From the NCBI GenBank assembly GCA_963715985.1, contig CAVQSP010000002.1, forward strand, positions 1 through 42,752: a DNA stretch of 42,752 bases, in the 5' to 3' direction. The stretch's first letter is position 1; each line of letters begins with the position of its first letter. Position numbers and translations under genes: made by a program. Below are positions 26,979 to 39,103 of this stretch, piece after piece. The notes under the pieces were generated by a model. That model was not told where the DNA came from. It did not search any database and saw nothing but the letters and a program-made list of their open reading frames with translations. Source of the stretch: an uncultured Thermoleophilia bacterium (GTDB lineage: Bacteria > Actinomycetota > Thermoleophilia > UBA2241).

Positions 26979-28178
26979 ATGTCCGGCGGCATCAGACTGG
27001 TCCGCGTGTTCGGCATCCAGATCCTCATCCAGCCGAGCTGGTTCCTCATCCTCGGCCTGCTGACGCTGTCGCTGGCCACGGGCGTGCTACCCGCCTTCCT
27101 CGCCGCGAGCCAGGTCGTGTACTGGAGCCTGGCTCTGGTCGCTGCGCTCCTGCTCTTCGCCTCGGTGCTGGTCCACGAGCTCGCCCACTCGCTGGTGGCG
27201 CGGGCACAGGGCATCCCCGTGCGCAGCATCACGCTCTTCCTGCTGGGAGGGGTGTCGAGCATCGAGCGAGAGCCGGCCGGCCCGGGGCGCGAGGTCCTGG
27301 TAGCAGGCGTCGGCCCGCTCGCCAGCCTCGCCGTCGGCGGGGTGCTCATCGCGCTCGGGTGGGTGGTGCAGACGCCGCTGGCCCTGCACGCCATGGCGGT
27401 GTACCTGGGCTACCTCAACATCGCCCTCGCGGTGTTCAACATGCTGCCCGCCTTCCCCCTGGACGGCGGGCGCGTGCTGCGTGCCGTCCTCTGGGCCCTC
27501 TGGCATGACCGCGGACGCGCCACGGCAGGCGCCGCCGAGGTGGGACGGATGTTCGGCTACGCCCTGCTCGCCGTGGGCGCGCTCATGGTGCCGGCCGGCG
27601 ACCTCGTCGGCGGTCTCTGGACCTGCCTCGTCGGCTGGGTGCTCCTGCAGTCGTCGCGCGCCGCCGGCCGGCTGAGCGTGGCGGAGAGCCGGCTGGAGGG
27701 CGTGCCCGTCGCGCGGCTCATGAGCAGGCCGCTGACGTGGGTGCCTCCTCTCGTGACGCTGGACTCGGCCGCCCACGACTACCTGCAGGCGCGCCACGCC
27801 CGCTGCCTCGCCGTGGCCGGCGCTCGGGACGGCGAGTTCGACGGCACCATCTGCCTCGCAGACCTGCACAAGGTGCCACCCGGGGAGTGGGACCACGACC
27901 GCGTGGCCGACGTGATGAGCACACGCGCCGAGGCGATGGAGATGGAGCCCGGCCGGCCCGCCGCGGAGGCGCTCAGGGCCATGGCATCGGGCCGCGCCCA
28001 CCTCGTGGCGGTCGTGCACCACGGCAGGCTCCTCGGCCTCGTCGACGAGGCGGCGCTCTCCGAGTACGTGGCGCGCGCGGAGCTCGCCGCGCACCTCAGC
28101 CACCGGCGCGGCCCGGCCGCCGCACGTGACGGCCGCGGCGGCGCGGACGGCGAGACGCCGACAGGGCTCGCGGCGTAA
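26979..28178 (+). CDS. M50 site-2 protease with CBS domains
   Basis: HELAH, GPLAS (preceded by VAGV), FNMLPAFPLDGGR, C-terminal CBS-like pair; AAGGAG RBS. Confidence 0.92.
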   Translation: MSGGIRLVRVFGIQILIQPSWFLILGLLTLSLATGVLPAFLAASQVVYWSLALVAALLLFASVLVHELAHSLVARAQGIPVRSITLFLLGGVSSIEREPAGPGREVLVAGVGPLASLAVGGVLIALGWVVQTPLALHAMAVYLGYLNIALAVFNMLPAFPLDGGRVLRAVLWALWHDRGRATAGAAEVGRMFGYALLAVGALMVPAGDLVGGLWTCLVGWVLLQSSRAAGRLSVAESRLEGVPVARLMSRPLTWVPPLVTLDSAAHDYLQARHARCLAVAGARDGEFDGTICLADLHKVPPGEWDHDRVADVMSTRAEAMEMEPGRPAAEALRAMASGRAHLVAVVHHGRLLGLVDEAALSEYVARAELAAHLSHRRGPAAARDGRGGADGETPTGLAA

Positions 28179-28245
28179 GCCGGGCGCCGGGCGGTGTGCC
28201 TGCGGCGCCCGCACATCGCGGAGCCCATCGCGAAGCCTGCGCCGC

Positions 28246-29220
28246 TCAGTGTGGCGCGGCGGCGGCGAGCGTCTCCCGGAGCCGCGCCCCGAACACCTTG
28301 TCCGTCTCGCCGCGGTAGCAGTAGATGCGCGGCAGCGAGTAGAGGTCCCTCGGGGTCGCCGCACCGTAGCGCGTGCCCGTGGCCGCCAGGTAGCCGGCGG
28401 CGCGCACCGCCTTCTTGATCCTCCGGGTGTAGATGCCGCCCGGGTAGCAGAAGAAGTCGACCGGCACGTGGAAGGTCTCGCGCAGCCGCCGCTTGGAGAC
28501 GACGATCTGGCGGCGGAGCTGCCCCCCGTGCAGCCGCGTCAGGTCGGGGTGCGAGAGGCTGTGTGAGGCCAACTCCCAGCCGTCGTCGAGGAGCGATCGC
28601 ACCATCGCCGGCGTCAGGCGGTTGGCCGGCGGCGTGTCGCCCAGGTAGAGCGCCTCGAACACGAGGTTCAGCTGCGCGGGCCAGCCGTACTTGCGCAGCA
28701 GCGGCGCGGCGTTGCGGACCTGGTCCACGTAGCCGTCGTCGAAGGTGATCACCACCGGATGCGGCGGTAGCGTGCCCTCCCCCGTCCAGGCGTCGTACAC
28801 GCGCCTCAGCGTCACCGCCTCGTACCCGTGAGCGGCGAGGTACGCGAGCTGCGAGCGGAGGCGGGCCGTGCTCAAGGACACCAGCGGCGGCCCGGACGGC
28901 TTCCTGAGCACGTGGTGGTACACGAGGATGGGCACCGGCTGCGGATCCTTGACGAAGTGCGGGCGGGGCGCAGGGGTGGCGGACGGGCGCGGAGATGAAC
29001 CTGCCGGCGACACCGACGGGCTCGCCCGCGGCGACGGCGAGGCCGAGCGGGCGACGCTCGCCGCTGCGGAGTCCGGACGGTCCGGCCCCAGCCGGCTCCA
29101 GGCGAGGGCCGCGGCTCCGGCCGCGACGACGAAGACAAGGACGGCGGCCAGAAGGAGGGGCCAGGCCGATCCTCGCCGGCCCCACCGCCTTCTCCGCCGC
29201 CTGAAGTCGTCGCCGTACAT
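28246..29220 (-). CDS. Membrane-anchored polysaccharide deacetylase (CE4)
   Basis: PILVYHHV, ITFDDGY, ASHSLSHPDL, FCYPGG, LPRI. Confidence 0.9.
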   Translation of the reverse strand: MYGDDFRRRRRRWGRRGSAWPLLLAAVLVFVVAAGAAALAWSRLGPDRPDSAAASVARSASPSPRASPSVSPAGSSPRPSATPAPRPHFVKDPQPVPILVYHHVLRKPSGPPLVSLSTARLRSQLAYLAAHGYEAVTLRRVYDAWTGEGTLPPHPVVITFDDGYVDQVRNAAPLLRKYGWPAQLNLVFEALYLGDTPPANRLTPAMVRSLLDDGWELASHSLSHPDLTRLHGGQLRRQIVVSKRRLRETFHVPVDFFCYPGGIYTRRIKKAVRAAGYLAATGTRYGAATPRDLYSLPRIYCYRGETDKVFGARLRETLAAAAPH

Positions 29221-29347
29221 CGCCGCCTCTCTGCCGGTCCGTACCAGTTCGGCGCCGGGGCGCTGGGCCCCTCCCGCGGCGCGGGACTGCGGCGGCGACT
29301 GCGCCTCCGCGCGCCTCCGTCCGGGAGCGCGGCGAGGCGCTGCGGCC

Positions 29348-32220
<2,873 letters not shown>

Positions 32221-32314
32221 GACCGCACTATTCCCCGAGGAACGCGTCTCGCACGGCGCCTGCCGTCTTGATGTGCGGCGGCGGCCGGGCCGGGGCGACC
32301 GCCGGCGCCCGTGC

Positions 32315-33514
32315 TCAGGCCGAGGCGAGCACCTCCCTGGCCCTGGCCTCGGCATCGTCCGCTGACGCTGTGACCACGTCCGCACCGAGCACCTCCGCGA
32401 AGGCGCGCAGGCACTTGACCACGTTCTCCGGGCGGCAGGCGTAGCCCATGAGGCCCACACGCCACGCCTTGCCGGCCAGCGCGCCCAGAGCGGCGCCCAC
32501 TTCGAGGTCGTACTCGCGCAGGAGCCGGCCGCGGACCGCCGCCTCGTCCACCCCGTCCGGCACGACGACCATGTTGAGCTGGGGCAGACGGTCGGGCGCC
32601 TCGACCAGCATGGGCAGGCCCAGCGCCTCGAAGCCCGCGACCAACGCGGTGTGGTGGGCACGGTGCCGCGCCCACGCCGCGTCCAGCCCCTCCTCGGCCA
32701 GCAGGCGCAGCGCCTCGTGCAGGCCGTAGAGCGCGTTCACCGGCGCCGTATGGTGGTACACACGCGTGCCCGACGACCAGTAGCCGAGCTGCAGGCTGAG
32801 ATCCATGAACCAGCTCTGGCACGGGGTGGTGCGCGCCTTGACGCGCTCCACGGCACGCGGGCCGAACGTGACGGGGGCAAGGCCGGGCGGGCAGGAGAGG
32901 CACTTCTGGCTGCCCGAGTACACGGCGTCCATGTCCCACTCGTCGACCAGCACGGGCACACCGCCGAGGGCGGTGACCGTGTCGACGATGGCCAGACAGC
33001 CGTGCTCGTGCGCCAGCGCCACCAGCGGTGCCGGGGGCGTGTGCGCCCCGGTCGACGTCTCCGCCTGCACAAAGGCGAGCACGCGGGCGTCCGGGTTCTC
33101 GTCCAGCGCGGCGCCGACCTTGTCCACGGAGACCGGCGTGCCCCAGTCGTCGTCGACGACCACCGGCACGCCGCCCACCCGCACCACGTTCTCGAGCATG
33201 CGGCCGCCGAACACGCCGTTGCGGCAAACGATGACCTTGTCGCCCGGCTCCACCAGGTTCACAAAACACGCCTCCATGCCCACCGACCCCGGCGCCGAGA
33301 CGGGGAACGTGACCTCGTTCTGCGTCTGGAAGGCGTAGCGCAGGAGCTCCTTGAGCTCGTCCATCATGCGCACGAACTCGGGATCGAGGTGGCCGATCGT
33401 GGGGCGGGCCATCGCCTGAAGGACCGCGTCCGGGACGTCGGAGGGGCCGGGACCCATGAGCGTCCGCAGGGGCGGGGCGAAGGTCGGGATGTGTGGTCTG
33501 TCGGCGGTGGTCAC
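32315..33514 (-). CDS. Alanine-glyoxylate / serine-pyruvate aminotransferase (class V PLP)
   Basis: LMGPGPS, IGHLDP, NGVFGGRM, AETSTG, VDTVTALGG, SGSQKCLSCPPG, YHHTAP. Confidence 0.93.
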   Translation of the reverse strand: MTTADRPHIPTFAPPLRTLMGPGPSDVPDAVLQAMARPTIGHLDPEFVRMMDELKELLRYAFQTQNEVTFPVSAPGSVGMEACFVNLVEPGDKVIVCRNGVFGGRMLENVVRVGGVPVVVDDDWGTPVSVDKVGAALDENPDARVLAFVQAETSTGAHTPPAPLVALAHEHGCLAIVDTVTALGGVPVLVDEWDMDAVYSGSQKCLSCPPGLAPVTFGPRAVERVKARTTPCQSWFMDLSLQLGYWSSGTRVYHHTAPVNALYGLHEALRLLAEEGLDAAWARHRAHHTALVAGFEALGLPMLVEAPDRLPQLNMVVVPDGVDEAAVRGRLLREYDLEVGAALGALAGKAWRVGLMGYACRPENVVKCLRAFAEVLGADVVTASADDAEARAREVLASA

Positions 33515-33639
33515 GCTGCCTCGCTTCTGGTCGGGAGCCCTGTCGCCCGGCGCTTTCGCGGCGGGACGGCCTGAGTGCCGTGATTCTATCGTCTTCGCGC
33601 GCCGCCATTCGGGTATCCTCCGGAGAAAGGAGGAAGGTG

Positions 33640-33993
33640 ATGGACGCCCGATGGATCGGGTTCGGAGCGATCGAGGTCGAAGGCCGGCGCTATGAGCACG
33701 ACATCGTGATAGACGCGGGCACCGTGAGCAAACGGGCGAAGAAGGCCTCCAAGAGGTACCGCGAACAGTACGGGCACACCCCGCTCTCGGCTGAGGAGCG
33801 TATCCCGTGGGGCGGCGGCAGGCTGATCGTGGGGACGGGCGCCTACGGCAGCCTGCCCGTGACCCCCGAACTGGAGCGGGAAGCAGCGCGACGCCACGTG
33901 CAGGTCGTCGCGCTGCACACGCCCGATGCTCTACGCCTGATCGCGGACCTGGCGCCGGAGGACGTGCGCGCTGTGATCCACGTCACCTGCTGA
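33640..33993 (+). CDS. Mth938-like domain protein
   Basis: FGAIEVEGRRYEHDIVI, LIVGTGAYG, C-terminal HVTC; strong RBS. Confidence 0.88.
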   Translation: MDARWIGFGAIEVEGRRYEHDIVIDAGTVSKRAKKASKRYREQYGHTPLSAEERIPWGGGRLIVGTGAYGSLPVTPELEREAARRHVQVVALHTPDALRLIADLAPEDVRAVIHVTC

Positions 33994-34060
33994 CGCGCGG
34001 CGCATGTCTCCCGGGCGGCGCGTGCCCTTTGCCGGGCCGGCTGGGGCCGAGCGGCGGTGC

Positions 34061-34279
34061 CTAGTGAGAACCGTTGCCGCCGTTGCCGCCGAGCCGAAGC
34101 CCGCGGATGTAGCCGTCGAGGTCGGCTTCGCGCATGCGCCACAGCCGTCCGCCGGGCTTGACCCCCGGCAGCGTGCCGGCACGTAGCCATGCCCTCACGG
34201 TGAGGACGCTCAAGCCGAGGCGCTCGGCGACCTGTTCGGGGGTGAGAAGTCGTTCCGGTGTGCCTGCGTGCTCGCTCAT
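34061..34279 (-). CDS. Small excisionase/MerR-like HTH (HTH_17, BldC/Xis-like) DNA-binding protein
   Basis: LLTPEQVAERLGLSVLTVRAWLRAGTLPGVKPGGRLWRMREADL. Confidence 0.88.
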   Translation of the reverse strand: MSEHAGTPERLLTPEQVAERLGLSVLTVRAWLRAGTLPGVKPGGRLWRMREADLDGYIRGLRLGGNGGNGSH

Positions 34280-34498
34280 GGGGCCGCCCTTGGTCATCGG
34301 GCACAGCCAGCTCGAGAAGTAAGCTCGCCGGGCATTCGGCCGCTGTCCATCGCTCGCGATGGCACGGGCACGGCTCATACAGAGTGTGCCCTTCGCTCAC
34401 CGAACGCAACCGGGTGCGACGGTGAGCGGAGCCCGGCGCCGGCCTCTTTCCCTCCACGACCATGTATTTGAACGTATTGCAAGCACTGTTCATGTAGT

Positions 34499-34546
34499 TT
34501 TACGAGGTTTTGCACGCAAACGGTTTCCTTTGCCGTTCTTTGCCGT
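34499..34546. promoter_or_regulatory. 10-bp-phased direct repeats in an AT-rich divergent promoter region
   Basis: TTT(A/G)C at 34499, 34509, 34529 and 34539; perfect CTTTGCCGT x2 at 34528 and 34538. Confidence 0.5.
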
Positions 34547-34751
34547 ACCATAAGAACGTTCGTTACGCTTCGAGGGATATCCGGGCCCGCGGACCGCGCC
34601 ACCACCCACCAGCAGCCATCCCGGCAGCGCATCCGCATCCAGAGGTCTGCATCGTGTCCCAAGCTCACCGACCGCCAGCCGGTCCTCGGCGTCAGCGTCC
34701 GCTCGCGCCCGCACGCCCCTCCCTGCGCCCCACCGCGATGGGAGGACGGCA

Positions 34752-36158
34752 GTGAAAGTGCGCCTCATCGAACCCGCCCCCGCCCACATCAACATGTGGT
34801 CGTACACCTTCTTCCCCCGACTCGGACTGCCCATGATCGGCGCCGCCCTCAAGGCGGCAGGTCACGATGTGGTCGTCTACTGCCCGCAGCATTCGCCGAT
34901 CGTGTGGGAGGACGTACTGGACGCCGACCTCGTCGGCATCTCCTGCACCACGTCCACGGCACCGGCGGCGTACGAGATGGCCGGCCGGCTCCGCCGCCAC
35001 AGCGTGCCCACGGTCATCGGCGGCTCCCACGTCACGTTCCTCGCGGATGAGGCGCTCGCGCACGCAAACTACGTCGGGCGCGGCGAGGGCGGCGACGCCC
35101 TCATGCTCGAACTCGTCGATGCCCTCGAAGGTCGCCGGGATCTCGACACGATCCCCGGCCTCTCGTTCACGCGCGGCGGCGAGGCAGTGCACAACCCGCC
35201 GCGCGACCGCTGCGAGGACCTGGACACGCTCCCCGTGCCCGACCTCACCTTGATCGCCGGTGCCGAGGACATGCGCTCGACGACCCCGATCATGACCAGC
35301 TGGGGCTGTCCCTTTGCCTGCAACTTCTGCTCGGTCACGGCGATGTTCGGGCGCGGCTACCGCTACCGGAGCCCCGAGAACGTGATGGCCGAGATCGAGG
35401 ACAAGCAGCCGAAGTCCATCTTCTTCTACGACGACAACTTCGCCGCCGACCGGCGGCGCCTCAAGGCGCTGCTGCGCCTCATGATCGCCTCCGGGCGCAA
35501 GATCCCCTGGTCGGCCCAGGTGCGCACCGACGTGGTGAAGGACCCCGAGTTGCTCGAGCTGATGCGCAGCTCGGGCTGCGAGCGGCTGGCTCTGGGCCTG
35601 GAGTCGGTGAACCAGGCGACGCTCGACGCTTACGAGAAGTCGCAAAGCCTGGACGACATCGCCCGCGCCATCGACACCCTGCACGAGTACGGCATCAAGA
35701 GCCACGGCATGTTCGTGCTCGGCGCCGACACCGACTCGTGCGAGACCATCCGCGACACCGCGCGTTTCGCGAGGGAGCACAACATCGACACCCTCATGCT
35801 GAACATCCTCACCCCGCTCCCCGGCACCCGGCAGTTCGAGGAGCTGGACTCCTCGGGCCGCATCTTCGACCGGCGCTGGGACCTCTACGACGGCCAGCAC
35901 GTGGTGTTCACGCCCGCGCTGATGACGGCCCACGACCTGCAGCGCGAGGTGATGCGCGCCTTCGCACGCTTCTACTCGCCGGGCCAGTGGCTCAAGTACC
36001 TGGCCACGTTCCGCTACGGCACCATGGCCCTGTACAGCTGGTACTGGTGGTTCCAGCGCAAGCGCCGCAGCGAGCACGGCCACCGCGCCTACATCGAGAT
36101 GTTGCGGCGCCTCTCCCCGGCGCCGTCGCAGACGCTGGCGGCGCGCGAGAGAGGGTAG
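34752..36158 (+). CDS. B12-binding domain radical SAM protein
   Basis: PRLGLPMIGA, DLVGIS, VIGGSH, GEG, GCPFACNFCSV, FFYDDNF, LGLES, GMFVLG, TPLPGT. Confidence 0.93.
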   Translation: MKVRLIEPAPAHINMWSYTFFPRLGLPMIGAALKAAGHDVVVYCPQHSPIVWEDVLDADLVGISCTTSTAPAAYEMAGRLRRHSVPTVIGGSHVTFLADEALAHANYVGRGEGGDALMLELVDALEGRRDLDTIPGLSFTRGGEAVHNPPRDRCEDLDTLPVPDLTLIAGAEDMRSTTPIMTSWGCPFACNFCSVTAMFGRGYRYRSPENVMAEIEDKQPKSIFFYDDNFAADRRRLKALLRLMIASGRKIPWSAQVRTDVVKDPELLELMRSSGCERLALGLESVNQATLDAYEKSQSLDDIARAIDTLHEYGIKSHGMFVLGADTDSCETIRDTARFAREHNIDTLMLNILTPLPGTRQFEELDSSGRIFDRRWDLYDGQHVVFTPALMTAHDLQREVMRAFARFYSPGQWLKYLATFRYGTMALYSWYWWFQRKRRSEHGHRAYIEMLRRLSPAPSQTLAARERG

Positions 36159-36186
36159 GTCGCAGGATCGGGCCTTGGGCCTGCTC

Positions 36187-36450
36187 TCAGGCCGCTTTGG
36201 AGAGCTGGGCCGCAGGGTCGAAGACCCGCACCTCGTGCACCGCTGAGAAGGGGATGCCGAACGCCTCGAAGACCTCCTCGAGCAGGCCGGCCTCGGGGGC
36301 GTCCCACTCGCAGTAGGTCATGCGATTGGCCTCGGCCACGAAGCTCGTGCGCCACACGAGCGTGGAGGGCAGCTCGTCGCGCCGGGCGAGAAGAGCCATC
36401 ATGTCTTCGTCCTTGAACGCGACCGGATGCACTGCGATGAAGCGTGGCAT
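36187..36450 (-). CDS. DUF4242 (SCO4226-like) small protein
   Basis: MPRFIAVH...WRTSFV...TYCEWDAP...VHEV pattern; GGAGG RBS. Confidence 0.78.
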   Translation of the reverse strand: MPRFIAVHPVAFKDEDMMALLARRDELPSTLVWRTSFVAEANRMTYCEWDAPEAGLLEEVFEAFGIPFSAVHEVRVFDPAAQLSKAA

Positions 36451-36617
36451 GAGGCACCTCCGCGTACGTGGCGCCCCCGGCACGAGCCGGCCGGCGCAGC
36501 CCGGAGGCGCCGCTCTCCAATGACGTATGTACCCGGGAGACGCGCGGCCGCAGGCGTTGGGCCGTGACGGGGACGTCCGTCGGAAGTGCCGGGCGGGTCC
36601 GGTAGACTGACCCTGTC

Positions 36618-37616
36618 ATGGACGTTCGTGAGCATCCACGCGTGCTGGTCACCTTCGAAGCCGACGACGGACTGCGCGGCATCATCACCGGCGTGCTCGG
36701 CGACGTGGCGTCTGTCGGGTATCTCGGCGACGCCTGCGACCCAGACCGTGTCGCCGAGCTGGCGCGGGCGGACGTGCTCCTCGCCTCACTGCCGGACGAG
36801 GAGCTCCACGAGGACGAGTGGTCCGCCGTCTCCGGCGCTCGCTTCCTGCAGATCGTCTCAGCCGGGGTCGAGCACGTGCCCTTCGCGCGCCTCCCCCGCA
36901 CGCTGCTCGTGGCCGGCAACGTGGGCGCCTACGCAGAGCCGATGGCCGAGCACATCGTGGCCATGATCCTCGCGCTGGCCAAGCGGCTCGGCCCCGCGCA
37001 CGAGGAGTTGCGCCGCGGCGTGTTCGACCAGGACAGGCCCAGCCGCGAGCTGCGCGGCACGACGTGCGCCATCCTCGGTCTGGGCGGGGTGGGGCGCGCC
37101 ACGCTGCCGCTCCTGCGCGCCCTCGGCATGCGCGTGCTCGCCGTCACCAGCCGCGGCGTTACCGAGGCGGACGTCGACTTCATCGGCACCCTCGACGACC
37201 TCGAGACCGTGTTGCGCGGCGCCGACGTGGTCGTGCTCAGCCTGCCGCTCACCCGGCACACCCGCGGGCTCATCGGGTCCCGCGAGCTCGCTTGGATGCG
37301 GCCGGACGCGATGCTCATCAACGTCGCGCGTGGGCCCATCGTGGACGAGGGCGCGCTCTACTCACACCTCCTCGGCCACCCGGACTTCCTCGCCGGCCTC
37401 GAGGTCTGGTGGGACGAGCCGTTCACGGATGGGAGTCTGCACGTCGGCCACCCCTTCCTGGAGCTGCCCAACGTGCTCGGCTGCCCGCACAACTCGGGCA
37501 TCGTGCCGGGGTGGCTCGAGGTCGGCGTGCGGCGCGCGGCCGAGAACGTGCGCCTGTTCCTGCTCGGCCGCGACTTCGCAGGCCTCGCGCAGCCGGAGGA
37601 CTACCTCATCGCGTGA
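36618..37616 (+). CDS. D-isomer-specific 2-hydroxyacid dehydrogenase
   Basis: SAGVEH, MAEH, GLGGVG, LPLTRHTRGLI, INVARGPIVDE, CPHNSG. Confidence 0.93.
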   Translation: MDVREHPRVLVTFEADDGLRGIITGVLGDVASVGYLGDACDPDRVAELARADVLLASLPDEELHEDEWSAVSGARFLQIVSAGVEHVPFARLPRTLLVAGNVGAYAEPMAEHIVAMILALAKRLGPAHEELRRGVFDQDRPSRELRGTTCAILGLGGVGRATLPLLRALGMRVLAVTSRGVTEADVDFIGTLDDLETVLRGADVVVLSLPLTRHTRGLIGSRELAWMRPDAMLINVARGPIVDEGALYSHLLGHPDFLAGLEVWWDEPFTDGSLHVGHPFLELPNVLGCPHNSGIVPGWLEVGVRRAAENVRLFLLGRDFAGLAQPEDYLIA

Positions 37617-37653
37617 CTTCGCCCGGCGCCGGTGAGTGCCGGCGCACGCCACC

Positions 37654-37941
37654 TCAGTCGCTGCGCCGCGGCCGCCCGCGTGACCGCCGGCCACCCTGGC
37701 CTCGGGCCTTGTCGCCGCCGACATGGCCGTGGCCGTTCTTCTCCATGTGCGCGAGCAGGTCGCCGCGTCGTGAGAAGGCCTCTCCGCAGGTCGCGCAGCG
37801 AAACGTGATGGGGGTACCGAGGCGCGCCTCACCGCACTCGTCGTGGACCAGGCACATGTGGTTGTCCAGGTGGCGCTGCGTATTGAGCTGCGCGGCGCAG
37901 ATGGTGCAGTCGTAGGTCTTGCGAGACGTGACTGCGGGCAT
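37654..37941 (-). CDS. Small protein with two C2H2-type zinc fingers and a basic Arg/Gly tail
   Basis: YDCTICAAQLNTQRHLDNHMCLVH and FRCATCGEAFSRRGDLLAHMEKNGH; GAGAGG upstream; fills the gap between flanking genes. Confidence 0.8.
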   Translation of the reverse strand: MPAVTSRKTYDCTICAAQLNTQRHLDNHMCLVHDECGEARLGTPITFRCATCGEAFSRRGDLLAHMEKNGHGHVGGDKARGQGGRRSRGRPRRSD

Positions 37942-38163
37942 GAGGCATCGTCCTCTCGACGGTCCGCCGGGATCCTCCGGCTGGTCTCGGGCTGCCGCGG
38001 CATCACGGCGCGGCAGCTTGAGTTTGCAAGTAAGTCTTCCCCGGAAGGGCCGAATCCGCACCTGCGCGGGCAAGCGAGGCCGTCAACCGGCAACGGGGCA
38101 TGCCGGGCGTCCCCAGCGGGAAAAGCCTATGTGGACAGATCAACTCCCATTTCGGAGCACGCC

Positions 38164-39096
38164 ATGAGCGAGAACACGGGGACGCGCATCCAGGAGGTGC
38201 GCACTGTAGGCATCCCAGTCGGCGACGTGGATCGGGCGCTCGACTTCTACACGACCAAGCTGGGCTTCGAGGTGCGCCTCGATGTGCCCTACGGAGACGG
38301 CAAGCGCTGGATCGAGGTGGCCGCGCCGGGCGCGAGCACGAGCATCGCCCTCGCGCCTCCCGGCCCTGGTCAGCACCCCGGCGTCGACACCGGCATCCGC
38401 TTCACCACCGCCGACGTTGAAACCGACCACGCCGGCCTGAAGGCGCGAGGCGCGGACGTGGACGCGGAGATCCTGCGCTGGCCCAACTCGCCGCCGATGT
38501 TCCAGGTGCGCGATCCGGACGGCAACCTCCTGCGCGTGATCCAGCGCGCGGAGGATGAGAATGGCGCGGAGGCTGGGAACGGCACTGAGGATGAGACTGG
38601 CGCGGAGGCCTGCGCGTGGCGGCCGGGCCCGGCCGCGGCCGGGCGGGCGGAGGCGCCGAGCAGACGCTTCGTCGTCCTCGTCAAGTCCGACGCCACGACT
38701 GAGTCGGGAGCGCTTCCCGACGAGGCCAGCCTCGACGCGATGAGCAGGTTCAACGACGAGCTCGTGAACGCCGGTCTCATGCTGGCGGGCGAGGGCCTGC
38801 ACGCCAGCTCGGACGGCGCCCGCATACGGTACTCGGGGGGCGCGGTGAGCGTCACCCGTGGCCCGTTCCCGGACCCGGAACAGCTCGTCGCAGGCTACTG
38901 GGTGATCCAGGCCGCATCCCTGGACGAAGCCATCGACTGGATGAAGCGCGCGCCGATGGGCGCGGAGGCCGAGGTGGAGATCCGCCAGATCTTCGACGCC
39001 GAGGAGTTCGGAGAGGCTTTCACCCCTGAGCTGCGCGAGCGTGAGGAGCGCCAGCGCGCACGGATCGAGGCGAACGCCGGGCGCAGCGCCGCCTGA
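38164..39096 (+). CDS. VOC/glyoxalase domain fused to a YciI (DGPF-type) domain
   Basis: DVDRALDFYTTKLGF...RDPDGNLL (VOC); FNDELVNAG...GEGLH...GPF...VAGYWVI...EIRQIF (YciI); GGAG RBS before ATG at 38164. Confidence 0.85.
   Translation: MSENTGTRIQEVRTVGIPVGDVDRALDFYTTKLGFEVRLDVPYGDGKRWIEVAAPGASTSIALAPPGPGQHPGVDTGIRFTTADVETDHAGLKARGADVDAEILRWPNSPPMFQVRDPDGNLLRVIQRAEDENGAEAGNGTEDETGAEACAWRPGPAAAGRAEAPSRRFVVLVKSDATTESGALPDEASLDAMSRFNDELVNAGLMLAGEGLHASSDGARIRYSGGAVSVTRGPFPDPEQLVAGYWVIQAASLDEAIDWMKRAPMGAEAEVEIRQIFDAEEFGEAFTPELREREERQRARIEANAGRSAA
38551..38609 (+). repeat. 23-bp direct repeat (1 mismatch, 36-bp period) in the VOC-YciI linker
   Basis: GAGGATGAGAATGGCGCGGAGGC / GAGGATGAGACTGGCGCGGAGGC. 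Confidence 0.9.
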
Positions 39097-39103
39097 TCGA
39101 GCC

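Noticed and set aside
34061-34279. Excisionase marking an integrative element
   Set aside because: No integrase, tRNA or att-like flanking repeats seen in the window.
34552-34567. LexA/SOS box (GAAC-gttc-GTTA)
   Set aside because: The right half and flanks deviate from the actinobacterial TCGAAC-N4-GTTCGA consensus, and the flanking genes are not DNA-repair genes.
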